A stretch of DNA of 64,000 bases, taken from the NCBI GenBank assembly GCA_963710375.1, contig CAVPZX010000002.1, positions 512,001 through 576,000 of the forward strand, written 5' to 3'. Made by a program: the position numbers and the translations under genes. The stretch is from Nitrospirota bacterium. Its GTDB lineage: Bacteria; Nitrospirota; Thermodesulfovibrionia; Thermodesulfovibrionales; Dissulfurispiraceae. The notes under the pieces are model-generated. The model was not told where the DNA came from. It searched no databases and saw only the letters and a list, made by a program, of their open reading frames with translations. Positions 57,257-64,000 of the stretch are shown here, piece by piece. Each line of letters starts with the position of its first letter. Within the stretch, counting starts at the first letter, position 1.

Positions 57257-57295
57257 GGAAACCAAGTGCGGCTAAAACAGCCGCACTTGGTTTCC
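57257..57295. terminator. 17-bp hairpin after dodecin
   Basis: ggaaaccaagtgcggct / agccgcacttggtttcc. Confidence 0.7.
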
Positions 57296-57314
57296 CCTCA
57301 AAAAAAACAATGCG

Positions 57315-57530
57315 TCAGTCTTTAAGGTGATACTTGAATGACACCTTTACTTTTGCTCTGTATGCGGAGACCTTACCGTTCTCGACATGCATATCCAGTT
57401 GCACCACTTCTGCAATCCTCAAGTCCTTCAGTGATTTTGATGCGGCTTCAACAGCTGTGGCAGCAGCTTTTTCCCATGACTCAGTACTCGTACCGACCAG
57501 TTCGATAATCTTATAAACACTTTCAGGCAT
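57315..57530 (-). CDS. Dodecin
   Basis: VYKIIELVGTS.ESWE, YRAKVKVSF. Confidence 0.92.
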   Translation of the reverse strand: MPESVYKIIELVGTSTESWEKAAATAVEAASKSLKDLRIAEVVQLDMHVENGKVSAYRAKVKVSFKYHLKD

Positions 57531-57639
57531 CGTTCCTCCCCTCTCGGCAAGATCATCCAGCCATATGCCTCAGATGATATGCCAACTTCAAGATTTAATA
57601 ACTACGGCAACGCCGCTATGATAACTAGCATAGAATATT

Positions 57640-58905
57640 TTATTTTATAACATCCATCCCCATGTAGTGTGTCAGTGCCTCCGGCACCGCTACCGTGCCG
57701 TCATTCTGTTGATAATTTTCGAGGATGGCAACAAGCGTGCGGCCGATTGCAAGACTGGAGCCGTTTAGCGTATGGACGAATTCTGTTCCCTTTTTAGCTT
57801 CTCTTTTAAACCTGATGTTTGCCCTCCGCGCTTGAAAATCCCCAAAATTCGAGCAGGAAGATATCTCGCGGTACCGGTTCTGGCCGGGCAGCCAGACCTC
57901 TATGTCATAGGTCTTGGCTGATGAAAATCCCATATCTCCCGTACAAAGAACTATTACCCGGTATGGTAGCCCCAGTCTCTGTAATATATCCTCCGCGTTA
58001 GCTGTCAGTTTTTCAAGTTCGTCATAGGAGTTTTCAGGCTTTACGAATTTCACCAGTTCCACTTTATTAAACTGATGCTGCCGGATGAGTCCGCGAACAT
58101 CTTTTCCGTATGAGCCGGCCTCGCGCCTGAAGCAGGGAGTATAGGCAGTATAATAGATTGGGAGCTGGTCTTCCCTCAAAATTTCATCTCTATGTATGTT
58201 GGTCACAGGCACTTCGGCGGTAGGGATAAGGTAAAACTCGGGATCAACTGTCCTGAACAGTTCTGCCTCAAACTTCGGCAATTGTCCGGTCCCGGTCATA
58301 CTTTCCCTATTTACAAGAAGCGGCGGGAATATCTCCTCATAGCCCTTCTCAGTATTTAAATGGAGCATAAAATTCATCAGGGCCCTTTCAAGACGTGCGC
58401 CTGCCCCTTTCATTAATGAAAACCGTGCTCCGGCAATTTTGGCGCCCCGCTCAAAATCGATGATTCCAAGTGTCTCGGCAATGTCCCAGTGGTTCAGCGG
58501 CTCAAAACCAAACACCCTAGGCTCTCCCCATTTTCTAATTTCCACATTTCCGGTCTCGTCTTTGCCAACAGGTACAGAATCATGGGGGATATTGGGGATA
58601 TTAAGCAGGAACAGCCCTGTTTTCTCCTCAATGCCTTTAAGCACCTCATCGATCTCCTTAATTCTTTCAGAGACGCCTTTCATTTCAGAAACCAGGCGGT
58701 CCGCATCCTGTTTTTGTCTCTTTAATCTTCCAATCTCCTCCGATACAATATTTCTCTTATTTCTGAGTTCTTCTGATTCCCTCAGCAATCCGAGCCTTTC
58801 CTCTTCCATGCTGAGGAACCCCGAAAGGTCAATATAGTAATCCCTTTTTTCCAAAGCGATTTTTAGTGTATCGATGTTCTCCCTTACAAATCGCGCATCA
58901 AGCAT
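57640..58905 (-). CDS. serS: Serine--tRNA ligase
   Basis: MLD start, coiled arm, [31 protein letters not shown]. Confidence 0.97.
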   Translation of the reverse strand: MLDARFVRENIDTLKIALEKRDYYIDLSGFLSMEEERLGLLRESEELRNKRNIVSEEIGRLKRQKQDADRLVSEMKGVSERIKEIDEVLKGIEEKTGLFLLNIPNIPHDSVPVGKDETGNVEIRKWGEPRVFGFEPLNHWDIAETLGIIDFERGAKIAGARFSLMKGAGARLERALMNFMLHLNTEKGYEEIFPPLLVNRESMTGTGQLPKFEAELFRTVDPEFYLIPTAEVPVTNIHRDEILREDQLPIYYTAYTPCFRREAGSYGKDVRGLIRQHQFNKVELVKFVKPENSYDELEKLTANAEDILQRLGLPYRVIVLCTGDMGFSSAKTYDIEVWLPGQNRYREISSCSNFGDFQARRANIRFKREAKKGTEFVHTLNGSSLAIGRTLVAILENYQQNDGTVAVPEALTHYMGMDVIK

Positions 58906-58934
58906 ATAGTCTCCCTTAAAAGGATATTTAAACA

Positions 58935-59010
58935 AAGGTTAAGGCATAGGCAAAGGTAAAGACTAAAACGGTGTTTTATGATTGCTTTACCTCAACCTCA
59001 ACCTTTACCT
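58935..59010. repeat. Palindromic hexamer array (AGGTTA-type)
   Basis: aaaggttaaggcataggcaaaggtaaag ... ctttacctcaacctcaacctttacct. Confidence 0.7.
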
Positions 59011-59087
59011 GGTTTTCAGCGCTTCATTTTTTTAGAAAATCCCCGAAAAAATAAAGAAATGTTAATGATATAATAATAGAACGCGCC

Positions 59088-60647
59088 ATGATTAATTTCA
59101 AGATTACAAGTCTGCTCGACGGGAACCTCACAATTGATAAGTCCCAGGGCAAGCCTATAACTCTCACGCCAGGGGAAACTATAAAAGCAGAAATCGCAAA
59201 TATCCTGTCATCAGGAAATGCGGTTCTCAAGATAAAAGGCGAACTCATTGCGGCCAAAACCCAGGTGCCTCTGCAACCGGGAGAAACAGCTTTTTTTAAA
59301 GTGTCCGATTCCCAGTCCTCTGCCAATGAACTCAAGCTGCAGTTTCTTGGCTATGAAGACACTTCTGAGGACGCATCGGTACTCAAAAACTTCATGACTA
59401 CCCCTGAAGGGCAGACCCTTGCAGGACTCATTCAGGAGTTATCGGATAGTCTGTTAAAGCAGAGCGCAACCTCCACTTCACAAAACCAAAGCATCGGCTC
59501 AACTCTTACGCAGGGCGGAGGGGCCCCGGCCGGGAGCGGTGCATCAGATAGTTTTCCACTGGACAAACTTGAAAGCCTTTTGAAAGCGCTGCCGGCCAAT
59601 ATTAATGCATTGCCGACAGATATAAAAACGCAACTGCACGACCTTCTGCTTTCAAGCCTAAGATCAACGGGTCAGAGCATTCAATCCCGGCTTGAGACAG
59701 TGCTGAGTCAGCTTTCCGATACATTGAATAACTCCCCTGATACCGGGACTTTAAAATCCGATATAATGCTCAACATGGAAAGGCTCCTTTCGGGACCACT
59801 TAAAAATGCCTTTCTTAATAGCGGGGTTGTTCTCGAAGCAAAGCTGAAATCGACAGCTTTGTCAATGATGCTCGATGCTGCCGAGGTCGAAAACGAACCA
59901 GCAGGGCAGGCCGCGAGTCCGGCGTTGCAGCAGGACGAGGCAACTTCCGGCAAAGAACTGATAACAGCACGAACTGAGACACAAGCTCCAATGGATGAGA
60001 AGACTGGACAGACTCAGCCGGCCCCTCTGGATGAAAAGACGGTAAAGACGCAGCCGGCTCTTATTCCAGCGCTCAAGAATGACCTGAAAGCGGTGCTCCT
60101 GGAATTGAAACAGCGCGTTTCCGCTCCTCTAGAGAACAGCCCGGCTGCACAAGATTCAAAAGCGCCTGTTGCTGCAAAAGAGACTGTCGACAATGCTGCT
60201 GCTTTAAAAACCCTGCAAGGCAAGGTTGAAGGTCTCCTGAAGGATGTTGAAACATTCCAGGCCCTTTCCAAAACTACCGACTCATTCTATACCTTTCTGC
60301 CGGTTAACTGGAAAGAATTAAAGGACGGCGATGTGGCATTCAAGCAGGGTCGCGAAGGTGCGACAGGGGGCACAACGTCCTCATGCAGAATAAATCTCAA
60401 TCTCGCCGGGTTCGGGTCGCTTTCGATAATGGTCCTAATGAATAACAAAGATTTTTTTGTCTCTTTCAAGGCCGACAGGCCGGAATCCCATTCTCTGATA
60501 AGCGCCAACCTGGACGAGCTTAAATCTTCGTTCGCAGAAAAAGGGCTGAGCCTCAAAGCAGCCCATGTCCTCGATAAAACCGACACTACAATGGAACATC
60601 TCGACAAACTCGGCTCCTCTGACAGGATAATAAACATTACGACATGA
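59088..60647 (+). CDS. FliK-like flagellar hook-length control protein
   Basis: Low-complexity middle, SGVVLEAKL motif, C-terminal T3S4-like domain; upstream of an FlhB-C gene. Confidence 0.6.
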   Translation: MINFKITSLLDGNLTIDKSQGKPITLTPGETIKAEIANILSSGNAVLKIKGELIAAKTQVPLQPGETAFFKVSDSQSSANELKLQFLGYEDTSEDASVLKNFMTTPEGQTLAGLIQELSDSLLKQSATSTSQNQSIGSTLTQGGGAPAGSGASDSFPLDKLESLLKALPANINALPTDIKTQLHDLLLSSLRSTGQSIQSRLETVLSQLSDTLNNSPDTGTLKSDIMLNMERLLSGPLKNAFLNSGVVLEAKLKSTALSMMLDAAEVENEPAGQAASPALQQDEATSGKELITARTETQAPMDEKTGQTQPAPLDEKTVKTQPALIPALKNDLKAVLLELKQRVSAPLENSPAAQDSKAPVAAKETVDNAAALKTLQGKVEGLLKDVETFQALSKTTDSFYTFLPVNWKELKDGDVAFKQGREGATGGTTSSCRINLNLAGFGSLSIMVLMNNKDFFVSFKADRPESHSLISANLDELKSSFAEKGLSLKAAHVLDKTDTTMEHLDKLGSSDRIINITT

Positions 60648-60800
60648 ATGACGGTCTCGTAAAAAGTCCATATGCTGCGTTGCGCTGCACACTTCGTCAC
60701 TGCGGCGTACAGAAAGTACGCCTCATTCCTCAGTATTTGCACGCCTTGCCTATGAACTTCTTACGAAACCGTCTAATTTCTGACTTTTTGCGAGTTCATC
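60648..60800. mobile_element. 153-bp MITE-like repeat, copy 2, at an ATGA junction
   Basis: Same length as and near-identical to 3148-3300; flanked by ATGA. Confidence 0.85.
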
Positions 60801-61067
60801 ATGAATGACAAGCGCAAGAAAGCTGCGGCGTTGCGGTACATTCCTGAAAAAGATGTCGCCCCGAGGGTTGTTGCAAAGGGAACAGGATACATTGCCGAAA
60901 AAATACTCGCTATCGCAAAAGAGCATAACATTCCTTTGAGGGACGATCCACAGCTTGTAGAGGTGCTTTCAGCACTCGACCTCTACCAGGAGATTCCACC
61001 CGATCTGTACAAGGCAGTTGCCGAAGTGTTGGCTTTTGTGTACAAAATGACGAAGAAACACGTGTGA
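60801..61067 (+). CDS. FlhB C-terminal-like (EscU/YscU/HrcU family) small protein
   Basis: [27 protein letters not shown]. Confidence 0.9.
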   Translation: MNDKRKKAAALRYIPEKDVAPRVVAKGTGYIAEKILAIAKEHNIPLRDDPQLVEVLSALDLYQEIPPDLYKAVAEVLAFVYKMTKKHV

Positions 61068-61735
61068 GAGTGGCCCCTAAAAGTAAAAAAAGTACCCTGC
61101 TCGAAATTTATGATAAACTTTACGCTTTTTACGGGCCCCAGCATTGGTGGCCTGGAGATAGCCCGTTTGAAGTCGCCGTAGGAGCAATCCTCACCCAGAA
61201 CACCAATTGGTCGAATGTTGAAAAAGTGATCGCAAATCTTAAAGCTGCACGTGTGCTCAGTGCCCGTGCATTGCACAAGGTGCCGGTGGCAGAGCTTGCA
61301 TTGCTTATTCGACCGTCAGGGTACTTCAATATTAAAGCAGGGAGACTCAAGGCCTTCCTCGCTTTTTTATTGACAGCATATCGCGGCAGCATGAAAAAGA
61401 TGGGCAAGGGAGACTCGGCCTCACTCAGGCAGGAACTCCTGAATGTTCACGGCATCGGGCCTGAAACAGCTGACTCAATCCTCCTCTATGCCCTGGACAA
61501 ACCTGTATTCGTTATTGATGCCTATACAAAACGGGTCATGTCCAGGCACGGCGTATTAGACCGTGGCGCGTCATATGATGAATACCAGCGGATGTTTCAC
61601 AAGTTGCTGGGAAATGGTATCGGCCTCTTCAACGAATACCACGCCCTTCTTGTCATGGTTGGAAAAGACTACTGCAAACCGAAACCCCGTTGCGTAAACT
61701 GTCCGCTATACGACCTGCCACAGGTCATTGGTTAG
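61064..61735 (+). CDS. Endonuclease III domain-containing protein (HhH-GPD)
   Basis: [39 protein letters not shown]. Confidence 0.92.
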   Translation: MRVAPKSKKSTLLEIYDKLYAFYGPQHWWPGDSPFEVAVGAILTQNTNWSNVEKVIANLKAARVLSARALHKVPVAELALLIRPSGYFNIKAGRLKAFLAFLLTAYRGSMKKMGKGDSASLRQELLNVHGIGPETADSILLYALDKPVFVIDAYTKRVMSRHGVLDRGASYDEYQRMFHKLLGNGIGLFNEYHALLVMVGKDYCKPKPRCVNCPLYDLPQVIG

Positions 61736-61748
61736 AGATCTGCATCAT

Positions 61749-61943
61749 TTAAATTTTTGGTAGAGGGCCAGTTTGTTTTTGCTTTGTATCACCTGGGTCA
61801 TCAGTAGTGGGCGAGTAACGCCGAGCCCACATATATAGAAGTGGCGACCACACATAATGCTCAATACAGGCCGGTGATTGAATTGAATTGAACGGCTAAT
61901 TGATACAGAGTAGAAACAAACTGGCCCTCTACCAAAAATTTAA
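61749..61943 (+). repeat. 195-nt element closed by a 43-bp inverted repeat (MITE or structured RNA)
   Basis: 61749-61791 versus the reverse complement of 61901-61943: 40/43, with the first 30 identical. Confidence 0.75.
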
Positions 61944-62104
61944 TACTTTTGTAACATAATTTATGCAATAATATATTGAAAGATGGAATGTAATAATCGT
62001 GACATTCTAATCGTAAAAACCTCTTGCAACCCTATCCAGTCCCTTATCGTCGCATTCAACACTTTGCCATTGCCGATAACTCATATACCTTTGGAGGGCA
62101 GCAG

Positions 62105-63388
62105 ATGAAAAAAATTTTTGTGCTGGACACCAATGTCTTGATCCATGACCCTACCTCGATCTATAAATTCGACAACAATGATATTACTATTCCTTTTGTA
62201 GTAATAGAGGAACTGGACAGCCTGAAAAAGGGGCGGGGAGAGATCGCTGCCTCTGCCAGACAGGCATTGAGGATAGTGGACGAATTAAGAGAAAAGGGTT
62301 CTCTTTCTTCAGGAGTCACAATGGAATCGGGCGGCACTATGACAGTATGCCTGCCGGAAAACAACTCTTCGCCGAAATTCCTTGACAATGGGACAGAAGA
62401 CAACCAGATCATTAAAACCGCTCTGACTATCACAAAAAAAGAGCCCAGAGATGAAGACGGGAATCCTCTTCCCGTAATACTGGTTTCTAAAGATACCGCC
62501 GTGAGAATAAAGGCCGAATCGCTGGGGATTCCTGTCGAGGACTATAAGAATGATAAGACCTCGCTGTTCAAGCAGTACGGCAAGGTACTCACAAATGGCG
62601 ATAGTACCAACGGAATCTTTTCCCAGCGCTATTTATTGTCTGAAGACAGCCTGTATAAACTGACAGGGAAAGACAGGCTTAAAGTTGTGAAGCGGGCCAA
62701 GGAGTTGATGGGGATAGCGCCTCGAAACCTGGAGCAGGAGTGCGCCGTGGATGCCCTTATAGATCCTTTGATAGAAATAGTGGCGCTTATAGGAAATGCA
62801 GGCACAGGCAAAACCCTTTTCGCTCTTGCCGCTGGGCTACATCAGACATCCCAGATCACCAGGAAATCCGCGCTTTACGAACAGGTGATCGTGTCAAGGC
62901 CGATCGTCCCTATGGGTAATGATCTCGGCTACCTGCCTGGAGATATCGAGGAGAAGCTGACTCCCTGGATGCAGCCGATTTTCGATAATTTGGAGGTCAT
63001 CGTCAACACGCCAAAGGGAATGATAAAAGACAGGACCAATGCCTCATCGATAAGAAGCTATCAGTACCTTATAGACGCGGACCTTTTGCAGGTGGAACCG
63101 CTGACTTACATAAGAGGCCGCAGCCTGCCCAAGCGTTATTTTATTATCGATGAGGCCCAAAACCTCAGGCCTATCGATGTCAAAACTATTGTCACCCGTT
63201 GCGGCGAGGGAACAAAAATAGTTTTTACCGGCGACCTCAATCAGATCGACACGCCTTATCTTGACAAGGCAAGCAACGGCCTTGCGTACTTGATAAGCCG
63301 CTTCATCAACGAGGAAAACTTCTGTTTTATAAATCTGAAATCAAGCGTAAGGTCTAAGCTGGCAGAACAAGGGGCTCAACTTTTGTAA
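62105..63388 (+). CDS. PIN-PhoH (PhoH2-type) protein
   Basis: VLDTNVL, VIEELD (PIN); GNAGTGKT, LGYLPG, IRGRS, DEAQN (PhoH). Confidence 0.93.
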   Translation: MKKIFVLDTNVLIHDPTSIYKFDNNDITIPFVVIEELDSLKKGRGEIAASARQALRIVDELREKGSLSSGVTMESGGTMTVCLPENNSSPKFLDNGTEDNQIIKTALTITKKEPRDEDGNPLPVILVSKDTAVRIKAESLGIPVEDYKNDKTSLFKQYGKVLTNGDSTNGIFSQRYLLSEDSLYKLTGKDRLKVVKRAKELMGIAPRNLEQECAVDALIDPLIEIVALIGNAGTGKTLFALAAGLHQTSQITRKSALYEQVIVSRPIVPMGNDLGYLPGDIEEKLTPWMQPIFDNLEVIVNTPKGMIKDRTNASSIRSYQYLIDADLLQVEPLTYIRGRSLPKRYFIIDEAQNLRPIDVKTIVTRCGEGTKIVFTGDLNQIDTPYLDKASNGLAYLISRFINEENFCFINLKSSVRSKLAEQGAQLL

Positions 63389-63398
63389 GATAAAGGGC

Positions 63399-63908
63399 CT
63401 ATGACGGAATTGCATTTATTCTTTTTAATTCTTCAACTACCAACTCCCTGACCCTCGGGAGAACGGCTGCTACTTCATCGCTTAATTCAAGCGACCATGA
63501 CGAGGCATCCTTTGGTTGTACTCCTATTATAATGGTGTCCGGCTTTGCGCCTGTCATTTCAGCCATTTGAAGTATGTCGATAAGATTCATCTCATGAAGC
63601 GACCACTTATACTCTGTCGGGAAGAAATTTAAATCATCAGGGGAAAACCTGTATATTGACCCGGGAACATCGTTGGCACTTACAGCGTCAACAAGAATGA
63701 GATAATCTGTTTCATGAAACAGCGGGATCAACTGGTGGCTCACAGTGCCTGCATCTATCAGTTGAACATTGTCAGGAAAAGGAGTTTCACGAAGTGCATT
63801 AATCAAATGCACACCGACCCCATCATCTTTAAGCAGGAGATTCCCAACGCCCAGGACTAAAACTTTGGGGGGAGGCGGGCCTCCCCCCATTTCATTTTCA
63901 ACCGTCAT
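63399..63908 (-). CDS. Hydrogenase maturation protease
   Basis: VLGVGNLLLKDDGVG, DAGT, ILVDAV, SLHE. Confidence 0.93.
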   Translation of the reverse strand: MTVENEMGGGPPPPKVLVLGVGNLLLKDDGVGVHLINALRETPFPDNVQLIDAGTVSHQLIPLFHETDYLILVDAVSANDVPGSIYRFSPDDLNFFPTEYKWSLHEMNLIDILQMAEMTGAKPDTIIIGVQPKDASSWSLELSDEVAAVLPRVRELVVEELKRINAIPS

Positions 63909-64000
63909 GCAGATTTCTTGACTTTATACCCCGTAAATATAGCTGTGAAGGACTTATCTTTCTTGGCAATAGAGGCAATCAGGCTCAGATAGACATGCAC
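63905..64000 (-). CDS. C-terminus of a probable Ni/Fe-hydrogenase cytochrome b subunit (partial)
   Basis: VHVYLSLIAS...SFTAIFTGYKVKKSA*; ATGA-coupled to the maturation protease. Confidence 0.6.
   Translation of the reverse strand: MHVYLSLIASIAKKDKSFTAIFTGYKVKKSA

Noticed and set aside
61064..61735. Second endonuclease III-like gene as part of a defence system
   Set aside because: Common housekeeping subfamily in a core-gene context, far from the island.
61749..61943. 6S RNA
   Set aside because: The length fits, but the near-perfect 43-bp terminal stem is atypical and I could not identify a central-bubble consensus.

Overview
Bacterial chromosomal window, probably from a Nitrospirota (Thermodesulfovibrionia-like) diderm anaerobe; this taxonomy is inferred from gene content and the tmRNA tag ANNELALAA. 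Core genes include guaB, hfq, clpS-clpA-aat, smpB-ssrA, sodC, a MacAB-like ABC exporter, an ECF sigma/anti-sigma trio, pilC/pilRS/pilA with a glycosylation locus, bamA-skp-lpxD-fabZ-lpxA-lpxI, serS, PIN-PhoH and hydrogenase maturation genes. Two accessory blocks follow ssrA. (1) A 7,115-bp element is integrated in the tmRNA 3' end (26-bp att repeat). It encodes a rolling-circle HUH Rep, two tandem wHTH proteins, a tyrosine integrase and a three-gene cargo: an M.PvuII-like methylase, an HNH nuclease and an HhH-GPD/4Fe-4S glycosylase. (2) A co-oriented cluster encodes a TonB receptor, an unannotated 29-aa Cys-Cys precursor peptide, a radical SAM/SPASM maturase, a periplasmic binding protein, a histidine kinase, a LuxR-type regulator and a stand-alone receiver. 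Three promoters around it share one operator-20 nt-extended -10 layout. This is the best candidate for an undescribed system: an autoinducing RiPP signalling circuit in a Gram-negative organism. Intergenic DNA holds several MITE-like elements, one of which sits twice exactly at ATGA stop/start overlaps and bridges them with a short ORF, plus about a dozen palindromic 6-8-mer tandem arrays. Five genes are split by single-base frameshifts; three of these fall at (C/G)AGCTG sites and may be methylation-linked sequencing errors.
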